IMG/VR virus record: IMGVR_UViG_3300017565_000001 | Location: 269,741 to 333,740 of that record | Length of the DNA: 64,000 nt | DNA from: a virus | Lineage: Duplodnaviria > Heunggongvirae > Uroviricota > Caudoviricetes | Reading direction: 5' to 3' (one strand) | Part shown: positions 7,523-16,405 of the stretch, piece after piece | Layout of the letters: each line of letters opens with the position of its first letter | Position numbering within the stretch: position 1 is the first letter of the stretch | The notes under the pieces: generated by a model | Told to the model about the DNA's origin: nothing | Seen by the model: only the letters and a program-made list of their open reading frames with translations | The model's database searches: none | Program-made: the position numbers and the translations under genes

Positions 7523-8683
7523 TCAGAATGCGTTGAAATTAAACGCACGGCTAATGTGGCGAGTGAACTCAACCTGATAGCCCTCAGGATTCTTGTACGT
7601 GAAAGAGCCGGTCTTGGGATCCACACCAATCAGATGCTCTTGGGTGAAGACCACGTTGATACCGTCTTGATCTTGATCCCCATCATCGCTGTCATCCCAT
7701 TCGCTCGCCATGATATCAGTGGGAGTTTGGGCACTGGCGACATTTCTGCCCAGCTTCTGGGAAGTGCCACCCTGATTTGCGTCATAAACAACCAGATTGA
7801 TCTCAGGGCTGAGAACAGGAATACCCCACCAGATCTTATAGTTAATACGTTCGGTGGGAATCTGAGCACCATTCAGAGTCAACTTCAGGTTGAACTCAGT
7901 GTTGTGATCATTGGCCGGTTTCGCGTTCAACATCTCCAGAGCTTTCTGGGGAGTTTCCTTGTAGCGGTTCATTTCTTCGACCAGAGCTTTCAACATGTCA
8001 AAGTTGAAGTTATCGAAGGTCGAAGAAATCTTGGTGATCGTGCCAATATATTGTTTGTCGTCCAGTCGATCCTGGCAATATTCCACGATTGCGTCGTGTT
8101 CCATACCCTTGAAATCCAGAGCATAAAAGATTCGACCGGGACGATTGCGCATGTGAGCATCAACGCGATAAACCTGGTTGCAAGTCAGAATGAACAGTTT
8201 CTTGGTGGGGAAAACACCATCTAGGAGACTCAACAGACTTTCCTGTTGGTCGCTGCTGTAGATCTTCTCGAATTCGTCGAAAAGCACCACTGCTTCTTGT
8301 TCAACGCTTTGGATCAGCTTATTGAATTCTTCACCACACCAGGGAGCGTTGATAACAATGCAGGGCATACCAAGCTCATAGGCTCTCAGGGCCAGGGAAC
8401 GCGCCAACAGGGTCTTACCGCTACCCTTTTCACCAGTCAGCATCACGCCAGTACTGACAGAGCGTGACAGGAAGGTATTGAAGATGCGTTCGGACCTGGC
8501 AGTGGTGTTGCCGTACACCTTACCCAAGGGGTCAAAGTTGTCGATTTGTTCAAAGAACAAAACACCCGTAAAGGTGTTCTTTACGATCGTGTACACCCCG
8601 GCAGGCAGGCGATCCCTGACGTCCAGGTTTGCATCATTGGTGGGAGTGAATTTGTTGCCGTCGCAGATAAATTTGGTTGCCAT
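7523..8683 (-). CDS. AAA+ ATPase
   Basis: Walker A GEKGSGKT, Walker B VVLFDEFEK, sensor LTCN, Arg finger NRPGRI. Confidence 0.9.
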   Translation of the reverse strand: MATKFICDGNKFTPTNDANLDVRDRLPAGVYTIVKNTFTGVLFFEQIDNFDPLGKVYGNTTARSERIFNTFLSRSVSTGVMLTGEKGSGKTLLARSLALRAYELGMPCIVINAPWCGEEFNKLIQSVEQEAVVLFDEFEKIYSSDQQESLLSLLDGVFPTKKLFILTCNQVYRVDAHMRNRPGRIFYALDFKGMEHDAIVEYCQDRLDDKQYIGTITKISSTFDNFNFDMLKALVEEMNRYKETPQKALEMLNAKPANDHNTEFNLKLTLNGAQIPTERINYKIWWGIPVLSPEINLVVYDANQGGTSQKLGRNVASAQTPTDIMASEWDDSDDGDQDQDGINVVFTQEHLIGVDPKTGSFTYKNPEGYQVEFTRHISRAFNFNAF

Positions 8684-8724
8684 TTTGGTTTTGTTATTGT
8701 GACTAAATATTTGAAAAGGTTCTT

Positions 8725-9198
8725 ATGTTCTACACTCAAGTACTGAAATTTCCACGCTTGCCAGACCACCTGGTACAAAAGGCCCTAGACAGCATCCGGG
8801 ACTATGAAGTTCAGGATGAATTCGAGAAGACCGGAAACTACCGCTGGCATCTGCTTGATCCTCAGGTCCAGGAATGGCTCAACACCAATGTTCTGGAGGG
8901 TGCCTGGGGTATTCAAACAAACACTGATGACAAAGACCTTGATGTCCACGTCGATCGTTTTACTCCCACAAGGATCCTGTATACCCTGGATCCTGGTGGT
9001 CCCAATGTCACAACCACTTTCTATGAAAATGATCGAAAAACTGTCATTGAATCAATTGTCCTGCAACCACATACCTGGTACGCCCTAAAGACTGACATTT
9101 ACCACGCCGCCCATGGTATCGTACCAGGCCAAACCAGAATCGCCATCACTGTACGATTCTTTACCAATCACGAACCCAAGCCGCTCAAACCGCGTTGA
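8725..9198 (+). CDS. Putative 2OG-Fe(II) oxygenase / cupin-fold protein
   Basis: HxD (VHVD), distal H (IYHAA) and RIAITVRF strand; TAAATA at 8704. Confidence 0.5.
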   Translation: MFYTQVLKFPRLPDHLVQKALDSIRDYEVQDEFEKTGNYRWHLLDPQVQEWLNTNVLEGAWGIQTNTDDKDLDVHVDRFTPTRILYTLDPGGPNVTTTFYENDRKTVIESIVLQPHTWYALKTDIYHAAHGIVPGQTRIAITVRFFTNHEPKPLKPR

Positions 9199-10132
9199 TT
9201 CTGATCACTTCCCGGGGAGCATGAACAACACCCAGGCCTCGTCCCACACTTGCTTTTGCCAGTTCGGGATGTTTGTTCATCCAATCCTGAACGTACCACA
9301 GTTGTCCACAGCCACCACCGATGTCATCTTGTCCCGCGGGATCAAAACAACGAACGCTGAAGCCATGAGCCAGTAGACGGGCCATGAAACCTGTTGCCAG
9401 TTCACGCTGGCGTACATTTGCGGCAGCAACCGATTCATCGCGTTCACACACCACGCTCACGGTTGCTTCCCAGACCTTGGGATCAAAGCGGGCGGCGATT
9501 CGATCTGCGTCAGCCTGGCTAGTATTTGCTTCGTGAGCGCAGTAGTTGAAGAAGGGCTTCCGTCCCGTGGCAGCAAACCATGATTCACCAGCAGCCGCGA
9601 TCTCGTCCAGGTTCAACTTGGCTTTGAACGGAACCAGCTCATTCCTGGCTTCATCCGTACTTTCATGCACGCTGAATTGGAGCCCCACCATGGGTACTTC
9701 AGCACTCAGGGCATTCACACGCTCGTAATCAACCTTGGGAGCGCTGGTGCTGATCAACAGGGCAAAGCGGGGATATTTGGCATGTAGGATGCGAATCGCT
9801 TCGGACAATCCTTGAAAGTTCAGCAACGGTTCACCCATCGACATGAACATGATCTGACACTTCTGCACTTTCGTGACATCGATGTTTCGATCAGCGAACA
9901 GGTAATCCACTTGTGCGACGATTTCTTCAGCGGTAAGACTACGAACGAATGCATCACCAGCACCACAGAAACGGCAGCCGACTGGGCAACCACTTTGAGT
10001 ACTGCAACATATTACCGTTCGATCTTCGTATGTGGGATATTTGTAGAGCACGGCTTCAGCAACCGCATTATCGAAATCGAAAACGTATTTGCTGACGTTT
10101 TCGTCCGATGAATCTACTCGTTTGACTTGCAT
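9185..10132 (-). CDS. RlmN/Cfr-family radical SAM RNA methyltransferase
   Basis: ICCSTQSGCPVGCRFC (CxxxCxxC plus upstream Cys), FMSMGEPL, LQFSVH, DDIGGGCGQL (catalytic Cys). Lacks the RlmN N-terminal helical domain. Confidence 0.85.
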   Translation of the reverse strand: MQVKRVDSSDENVSKYVFDFDNAVAEAVLYKYPTYEDRTVICCSTQSGCPVGCRFCGAGDAFVRSLTAEEIVAQVDYLFADRNIDVTKVQKCQIMFMSMGEPLLNFQGLSEAIRILHAKYPRFALLISTSAPKVDYERVNALSAEVPMVGLQFSVHESTDEARNELVPFKAKLNLDEIAAAGESWFAATGRKPFFNYCAHEANTSQADADRIAARFDPKVWEATVSVVCERDESVAAANVRQRELATGFMARLLAHGFSVRCFDPAGQDDIGGGCGQLWYVQDWMNKHPELAKASVGRGLGVVHAPREVIRINAV

Positions 10133-10235
10133 GCCATTTCTCCGTGCTTTTGATGCACCCATGGTACAATGAAATGGCAAGCTGTAAAGAGGAAGGTGGT
10201 TGCAAAATCAAATTATTTCACAACACCACCCCATG

Positions 10236-11213
10236 TTAACCTTTTGCTACATTGGCAATGACGATACTTGTTCCAACGATCACCCACTTATCGCTTGAGT
10301 AAGCTATATCAGTGTAGGTATAAGTTTGCCCTGGAACTGCCACACTCTTCCAAGTGGTTATCGAATCCCTTGACACTACTGGAGTTTGTGAACCTTGAGC
10401 ACCCACAAACGAACCGTCTGCTGGATTGTATGCCAAACTAGCAATCAACCCTGTTACTGGGACGCTGGCCCATGTAGTCATATCAGTTGAATACCAGATT
10501 CTGTTATTGCTACCGATCACCCAATGAGTGGCGCTTCTGGCAGTACAATCGAATCTAGCACCAGACCCAGAGTCAAGGGTAGTTACTGCACTCCACGCCA
10601 AACCGTTATTGGTCGAAGTCATGTACCGTCCTGGGGCTTGGTCATTGGAACTTCCACCAACACATAGCCAATTTCCCGCACCATCAGTGATTAGATCCTT
10701 GGGTGTGAAGTTGAATATGGCACCAGTAACGTTTGACCATGGTCCTGCCATACCGTTTGACGACAATCGCAGGCCGTCGCTACATACTAGCCAAATTCTG
10801 TTCGTATTATTGGGATCAACACGGACTTCCCACACATATCCGTTCACCCCCGTTGATGTGGCATATGACGCCCATGATACACCATCAACTGACCTCAACA
10901 CGGCGGTGGGTCTATTGTAGGTGAATCCATAGAAAGCATCGTTGACCCAACGAATGAGGTTGGTACCAGTAGAAGTATTGGGGTCATTAATTGCTGACCA
11001 ATTGCTGGTATCATCAAAAGACCTTACGATCTGACCAGAAGAACCTTGACGCCCGGCAGCAATCCATGTTCCAGTGCCATTTGTGGCTATGGTATTGAAC
11101 GAAAATCCAGTCAAGACTGGTATATTGGCTGGTGGTACGGGATTCCAATTGGTTGGTCCATCTGAATCTCTTACACTTGTCGGCCAACTTGCTACGATTC
11201 CGGTTATCATCAA
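10236..11213 (-). CDS. Beta-propeller / BNR-repeat protein, probably virion-associated
   Basis: Repeated S-x-D/N-G-x-x-W motifs (RSVDGVSW, TSTNNGLAW, YSTDMTTW); TAAATA upstream at 11238-11243. Confidence 0.65.
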   Translation of the reverse strand: MMITGIVASWPTSVRDSDGPTNWNPVPPANIPVLTGFSFNTIATNGTGTWIAAGRQGSSGQIVRSFDDTSNWSAINDPNTSTGTNLIRWVNDAFYGFTYNRPTAVLRSVDGVSWASYATSTGVNGYVWEVRVDPNNTNRIWLVCSDGLRLSSNGMAGPWSNVTGAIFNFTPKDLITDGAGNWLCVGGSSNDQAPGRYMTSTNNGLAWSAVTTLDSGSGARFDCTARSATHWVIGSNNRIWYSTDMTTWASVPVTGLIASLAYNPADGSFVGAQGSQTPVVSRDSITTWKSVAVPGQTYTYTDIAYSSDKWVIVGTSIVIANVAKG

Positions 11214-11251
11214 ATTCTCTTCGTATGAGGTTTGTGATATTTACACGGCAG

Positions 11252-11279
11252 GAAGGGGAGTGATTAATCACTCCCCTTC
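11252..11279. terminator. 28-bp perfect palindrome downstream of the tRNA
   Basis: GAAGGGGAGTGATT/AATCACTCCCCTTC. Confidence 0.65.
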
Positions 11280-11283
11280 AATT

Positions 11284-11358
11284 TGGTGCTCCCAGTTGGA
11301 CTCGAACCAACACTCCCGGTCTTATGAGGACCACGCTTTGCCTTTAAGCTATAGGAGC
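11284..11358 (-). tRNA. tRNA with CAU anticodon (Ile2 or elongator Met)
   Basis: GCTCCTA acceptor stem pairs with TGGGAGC; anticodon arm GGTC-CTCATAA-GACC; T loop GTTCGAGTC; encoded ACCA 3' end. Confidence 0.92.
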
Positions 11359-11397
11359 AAAATGCTATTGTACAGCCAAATCACAAGGAATCAAAGC

Positions 11398-12222
11398 TTA
11401 GTCTTCATTTGCCTTGATCACGAAGCTTTCGATACCCAACAGATCCAGAGCGCTGACGGCCAGGTACTTGTGACGGCTCCAATACTTGTTGCGATCCTTG
11501 CATTCCCGATACCACTCATTGATCTTCACCATGTCCTCAGCCGTAGGAGTGTAGACGAAGCTCAAGAATTGTGAGTGAGACTCACTGATATTGTAGTACG
11601 GAATGCTCAAGATGCGATCTTCTGCACTCACGGGTTGATAGGACCGACGTTCAAGATCCTTAAAGACAACACGATTGTCTTTGCGCAGGACCTCCAGAAC
11701 CTTATTCAGGTCATAGTGGCCATTGTGCATGTTGCCATTCATGTAGGTATACAGGATCCCTTGTGGCAAAAAGTCACCGTTGAAGTTCAGCCAGCTGTGG
11801 TCGCGAGGATCAAACCGAACAAGAACAACATCCCTGGTGGATGCAACCTCCCAAGGGTCACATTTTTCATACTCTTGCAACAGGGGTTCGAATTCCCTGG
11901 AGCCGTAGAAGTGTTTGCCGATGATGTCCAACATGTTCTGATCACCCAAATACAAATATTCATTGGGGAACAAATTGGTGATGGACTTCAGCTTACCAGC
12001 TGCCATCTTTTCGGCATCAACCAACGAACAGAAACTGGCGTTTCCTTGATGCACTTCGCCCTTGTATCCACTGAACACCTTGGGCGGCTTCTTGCCTTCA
12101 ACCATTGCCGATGTGGCATTACGGTAGATGGCGACACCGTTACCGATATCCATGTATTCAAACGTCTGAGTGTGTTCCACCACAGCCTTGAACGTGCTGG
12201 ATTTGATTTCACGCATCGCCAT
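11398..12222 (-). CDS. Hypothetical protein
   Basis: 274-aa ORF with AGGAG SD. Confidence 0.8.
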   Translation of the reverse strand: MAMREIKSSTFKAVVEHTQTFEYMDIGNGVAIYRNATSAMVEGKKPPKVFSGYKGEVHQGNASFCSLVDAEKMAAGKLKSITNLFPNEYLYLGDQNMLDIIGKHFYGSREFEPLLQEYEKCDPWEVASTRDVVLVRFDPRDHSWLNFNGDFLPQGILYTYMNGNMHNGHYDLNKVLEVLRKDNRVVFKDLERRSYQPVSAEDRILSIPYYNISESHSQFLSFVYTPTAEDMVKINEWYRECKDRNKYWSRHKYLAVSALDLLGIESFVIKANED

Positions 12223-12265
12223 CTCCTGTTTTAAATGATAGGTGAATTATACATTCACCTGCCAA

Positions 12266-12937
12266 TTACCACAACAGGTTAAAGTTACCACCCATCACTT
12301 TGTCGCAAGCTGCACTCTTACCAGTCACGTGATCTTTTACCTGGTTGTCCTGGAAACGATACGTGCGAATTTTATCACCACGCATACCAGAACCAACTTG
12401 GCTCTTACGAGTGCTTGCTTGTTCGGCATTGTGTACAGCGGTTGAATGCCCATTGAGGCGTTCCAAGATCGTAGTCTTAGCCTCATTTAGGGAATTTTCA
12501 CGACTGCGACACTGCGCGGTGGCCACCACCCCTGTTGCGATGTGGGTGATTCGGCAAGAGTTTTGATGTTTGTTTCTGTGTTGACCGCCCGCACCGGTAC
12601 CAGAATACCATTCAATCTTGAACTCGCGTTCGTTGAACGTTATCTCTTTTACTTCCTGGGGGTCAATTACTGCGACCGTAACCGTCGATGTGTGAACTCG
12701 ACCCTTACGTTCAGTGGGAGGAACTCGTTGGATTCTGTGTCCGCCGGGTTCATTGTTGAGCGCTGATAGATCATCCCCTTCAACCTCGATGGCAACATCG
12801 GCGGTGTGGACGTCAATCAGGCGGTGCTTTCAGCCGTTCTTGGTGAAATGCTTCATGTAAGCGGCAGCCAGATCCTGTGCAAACAGTCGGCTATCTTCGC
12901 CACCCTCGGCGGCGCGGATTTCAAGTACTCGTTTCAT
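12266..12937 (-). CDS. prfA-like: RF1-like class I peptide chain release factor lacking domain 1, interrupted by an in-frame TGA at codon 36 (12830-12832)
   Basis: MKRVLEIRAAEGGEDSRLFAQDLAAAYMKHFTKNG*KHRL...EPGGHRIQRVPPTERKGRVHTSTVTVAV...SGTGAGGQHRNKHQNSCRITH...DKIRTYRFQDNQVKDH. PxT and GGQ motifs intact; single 224-codon frame; AGGAG SD. Confidence 0.9.
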
Positions 12938-12997
12938 CTCGATCTCCTATTTGTTAGATGAAAATGAAGTCTACTGGCTAAACCACCAGAGATCAAG

Positions 12998-13039
12998 TAT
13001 TTACATTAGACATTTCCTTACATGATTCATGAATAAATA
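12998..13039. promoter_or_regulatory. Divergent TAAATA late-type promoter elements
   Basis: TAAATA on minus at 12998-13003 (towards the release factor) and on plus at 13034-13039. The same hexamer precedes genes at 8704, 11238(-), 13222, 15262, 22382, 23739, 29799, 33432, 47666, 54336 and 61340/61344, resembling the T4 late TATAAATA. Confidence 0.65.
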
Positions 13040-13065
13040 TCTGGGTATCTTTCAAGGAGGGATAT

Positions 13066-13197
13066 ATGAAGATTAGAGGCTTGAAACCTTTTCGTGGTGC
13101 CGTACGTTTCTACAAATACGTTGGCGGTCCTGTAACTTGGGACAATTTGACTCAAAACTGGAACACCATCACGGTGAACTGGGAAAACTTGGCTTAA
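13066..13197 (+). CDS. 43-aa peptide with Trp heptad repeat (absent from the ORF track)
   Basis: MKIRGLKPFRGAVRFYKYVGGPVTWDNLTQNWNTITVNWENLA; strong AAGGAGG SD, TAAATA upstream, terminator downstream. Confidence 0.75.
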   Translation: MKIRGLKPFRGAVRFYKYVGGPVTWDNLTQNWNTITVNWENLA

Positions 13198-13209
13198 CTG
13201 AGTTTTGGT

Positions 13210-13243
13210 AAAGGGCGTCCATAAATACGTGGACGCCCTTTTT
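13210..13243 (+). terminator. Terminator hairpin with TAAATA in its loop
   Basis: AAAGGGCGTCCA-TAAATACG-TGGACGCCCTTT(TT). Confidence 0.75.
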
Positions 13244-13294
13244 CGTGGGTGGTCCCATGAGCAATTAGTTCATGGCTTGATGGATAGTGAAATC

Positions 13295-15214
13295 ATGAAA
13301 GAATTTCAAGTAAAGAATGGGATTATCTCCCTGGGACCAATTGTCCTTCCCGTAGTTCCCAGCTTGCCAGAACATGCGACATCAAAATCGTATGTAGATG
13401 CCAGAGCAGCGGTTCAATCGGTTGCTGGTAAAACTGGTGATGTGAACCTAGTCAACTCTGATGTTGGTTTGGGTAATGTGGAAAACAAGTCTTCAGCCAC
13501 AATTCGTGGTGAACTGACTCAAACCAACGTAACGAATGCATTGGGTTTCATACCGGTTCGTAAGACTGGTGATACTATGACCGGTGCGTTGACCCTAAGT
13601 GGAGCACCCACAGCGAATCTCCACGCGGCCTCCAAACTGTACGTTGATACCCAGATTGAAGACACGAGATTCAACCCAGCGGGTTCTGAAGGCCAAATCC
13701 TGTATCTGCAGGAAGATGGTTCCAATTTGTATGGGTACGAGGATAATGTGAAGTTTGGTGCCTTTGTTTCAGATGACACTGAACTCGCTGCCGCGCAACA
13801 AGCTTTTCAAGGACCGCAAGCAATTTATGACACTTGGAGTCGCATTTCTCACTCCAATTCGTTGACCGCTCAACCAGCTATTCCCTCTGAACTAACAGCT
13901 TGGGCATACGACTCAGGTACTGATGTTATTTCCTGTACTCTGAACACGTCTTCGATGGTTGGCTTTATCAGCCCATCACGTTATACCAAATACCAACACA
14001 CCGTTCAATTGTCCTCAACCGCTGGCGACGATGACATGATTGGTGTCGTTATTGCATTCGCAAAAGATAGTTTGGGTGTCGAACATACTCTGACTGCCAT
14101 TCGATCGGTTGGTGGTTATGGCACATCCGCCTATTGGTCAGTGTATTATGACTTCAGTCAATCCACTCAAGTCCTGATCACCAATAACAGTGTGACGGCC
14201 GGTGTTGGCTCTTTCACTGCATGGAACCAGATTGTGAATGGTACTACTGTTTCTGTTGAACGTGATAATGATCTCATTACGTGCCAGTGTTCACAATTTG
14301 ATACTTCGACTCTGGATCCTGCCACCACAATCACCATTGATCTCACGTCTGATCCATTACTGAATATCTTCCGTGGACCTAAGCCGTACGGGTACGTGGC
14401 CAAGTCACAATTGGGTGCTTCGTTCTCCGATATCACGTTCTCAGAACCAAATAACTTGGTTTTTGATGTTCGTGACGGTGCGGTTTACGAAGCTGATGAC
14501 CAGGGCAATTACACGGTTTCAACCACTCGTACTATTTTCAGTGAGTATGGTCCAAACAGAATTCTGTTTAATCCCTCAACCACAAAGATGTTCTACACTT
14601 TGTTGGATGGTGTTCAACTGCTGGCACAAAATTCAAGTGGGGGCGGAAGTGTTCCACTAGCTACTACAACCACACCTGGTGTTGTTCAAGTTGGTTCTGG
14701 TCTGAATATCAGTGGTGGCGTTCTGAGTACAGCAAACAACGGTACCATCACATCGGTAGCTAACGCTGCGGGTTCTGGTATGTTGCTTGTTCCAGCAACA
14801 GTGAATTCTGGCCCTGTCACGATCAAGAATATCGGTAACGGCGCCAGTTCTGGTTTGATGTTCGCCCAGACGGCAACCGATATTTCGATTGTACAAGATC
14901 ACCCGTCTGTCAACTTTTCAACAGCATTTGATCTTAACAGTGCGAATGTGAAAAATGCGTATTACCGTTATACGGGAGCAGGTGCGGTAAGTCTGACTGC
15001 ACCCACTGCCTCGTATTCCAATGGTTTGCGCAGTTATGAGTACCATTTCCGTCAAGCTGGTGATGGTCAGATCACATTTGTTCCAGCCGCCGGAGTGACT
15101 ATTAATGCTCCGTTTGGTGGAACTCTAGTGACTGCGGGCAAGGGTGCAAGCGTTACACTAAAGCTGGTGGGTCCAAATGAATATGATCTTATTGGTCAAG
15201 TAGTCCCAGCTTAA
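13295..15214 (+). CDS. Tail fibre / receptor-binding-like virion protein
   Basis: Fibre motifs HATSKSYVD, VQSVAGKTGDV, GLGNVEN, GDTMTGALTL, ATTTTPGVVQVGSGL; central lectin-like region (DDDMIGVV). Confidence 0.75.
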   Translation: MKEFQVKNGIISLGPIVLPVVPSLPEHATSKSYVDARAAVQSVAGKTGDVNLVNSDVGLGNVENKSSATIRGELTQTNVTNALGFIPVRKTGDTMTGALTLSGAPTANLHAASKLYVDTQIEDTRFNPAGSEGQILYLQEDGSNLYGYEDNVKFGAFVSDDTELAAAQQAFQGPQAIYDTWSRISHSNSLTAQPAIPSELTAWAYDSGTDVISCTLNTSSMVGFISPSRYTKYQHTVQLSSTAGDDDMIGVVIAFAKDSLGVEHTLTAIRSVGGYGTSAYWSVYYDFSQSTQVLITNNSVTAGVGSFTAWNQIVNGTTVSVERDNDLITCQCSQFDTSTLDPATTITIDLTSDPLLNIFRGPKPYGYVAKSQLGASFSDITFSEPNNLVFDVRDGAVYEADDQGNYTVSTTRTIFSEYGPNRILFNPSTTKMFYTLLDGVQLLAQNSSGGGSVPLATTTTPGVVQVGSGLNISGGVLSTANNGTITSVANAAGSGMLLVPATVNSGPVTIKNIGNGASSGLMFAQTATDISIVQDHPSVNFSTAFDLNSANVKNAYYRYTGAGAVSLTAPTASYSNGLRSYEYHFRQAGDGQITFVPAAGVTINAPFGGTLVTAGKGASVTLKLVGPNEYDLIGQVVPA

Positions 15215-15215
15215 C

Positions 15216-15244
15216 AAATGGGAGGGGTTAAACCCCTCCCATTT
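15216..15244 (+). terminator. Intrinsic terminator
   Basis: AAATGGGAGGGGT...ACCCCTCCCATTT. Confidence 0.7.
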
Positions 15245-15299
15245 CATTGGTTCGCCAGGTGTAAATATAGATGTTCTATTCGATCCATGAAGGTGACCA

Positions 15300-16403
15300 A
15301 TGCCACGCATTCTACTCAAACGTGTTGATATTCCCAACAAGGTTCTTACCTTGCAGGACCTTGCCATAGGTGAAATTGGCGTAAATACCGCAGACGGTAA
15401 ACTGTACATGAGACGCGGTAACGGCTCATCAACGGATTCGGTGTTTGAGATCGGTGATGTGGTCAGACAGTTGGGATATACTCCAGCCAACAAGGCGGGA
15501 GATACACTTACCGGTCAGTTGGTTCTGGCTCCTGGGACGGCGAACGCCTCTCCACTGAAGTTCCAACCAGGGGCAACAATCGTGGTTCCGCAAGCCCATA
15601 GCATGGAATGGGATGGCGCATATCTGTACATGACGAATAACGGCGGCCAACGGAAAACTGTTGCCTATCTGGATAGCAACATCACAGGTACCGCTGGTGG
15701 ATGGAACGCAACTAGAACCCTCGCATTTACGGGCGACGCTGTTGGTACCCTGAACGTAAATGGTTTGTCCAATGTTAGTTCACCACTTACCCTTGCAACT
15801 GTCAATGCGAGCCCTGGTGTATTTGGCGACGACAAGAACGTTCCAGTAGTCACGGTGAACAACAAGGGTTTGGTGACGAGTGTCACCACTATGCCCATTG
15901 CACTAACCACTTCCGATGTGCCTGAGGGTACAAATCTGTATTTTGTAAACTCCAGAGCCCGTGCTGCAATTAGTGTGGCGGGTGACCTTACCTATAATGT
16001 GGCAACTGGCGTTATCAGCTACACGACTCCCGCCCTGTCACCTGTTGGTGTGAGTGGTGATTACAATGATTTGACAAATAAGCCAGTTCTGTCACGCCTA
16101 ACGTCAGTATCTGGCGTCACGACTCGGGTATTGGATTCCTTTTCTGCAAACTCATATCGAGCAGCGAAATTTTATATCTCAGTAGCTGATACGTTTTCAA
16201 ATAAGTTTCACGTAGTTGAAATTATGGTCATGCACAACAATGACGAAACTTTCCACAACGAATACGGTGTTTTGTTGAGCGATGAAGAATTGGGGGCTTT
16301 TGATACCCAGTTGAATGGTGCCAATGTTGAACTGTTGTTCACGCCATCAACAAGCTCCAGTAAAGTAGTAACCGTCACCAAGATCCTTGTCCCACGTGGT
16401 TAA
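15300..16403 (+). CDS. Fibre-like virion structural protein
   Basis: GEIGVNTADGKLY, LGYTPANKAGDT, VTVNNKGLVT, TTSDVPEGTNLYF and SGDYNDLTNKP fibre motifs. Confidence 0.75.
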   Translation: MPRILLKRVDIPNKVLTLQDLAIGEIGVNTADGKLYMRRGNGSSTDSVFEIGDVVRQLGYTPANKAGDTLTGQLVLAPGTANASPLKFQPGATIVVPQAHSMEWDGAYLYMTNNGGQRKTVAYLDSNITGTAGGWNATRTLAFTGDAVGTLNVNGLSNVSSPLTLATVNASPGVFGDDKNVPVVTVNNKGLVTSVTTMPIALTTSDVPEGTNLYFVNSRARAAISVAGDLTYNVATGVISYTTPALSPVGVSGDYNDLTNKPVLSRLTSVSGVTTRVLDSFSANSYRAAKFYISVADTFSNKFHVVEIMVMHNNDETFHNEYGVLLSDEELGAFDTQLNGANVELLFTPSTSSSKVVTVTKILVPRG

Positions 16404-16405
16404 TC

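Noticed and set aside
12780-12850. RF2-type +1 frameshift at the release factor stop
   Set aside because: The downstream sequence continues in the same frame and there is no CTT-TGA slippery site.
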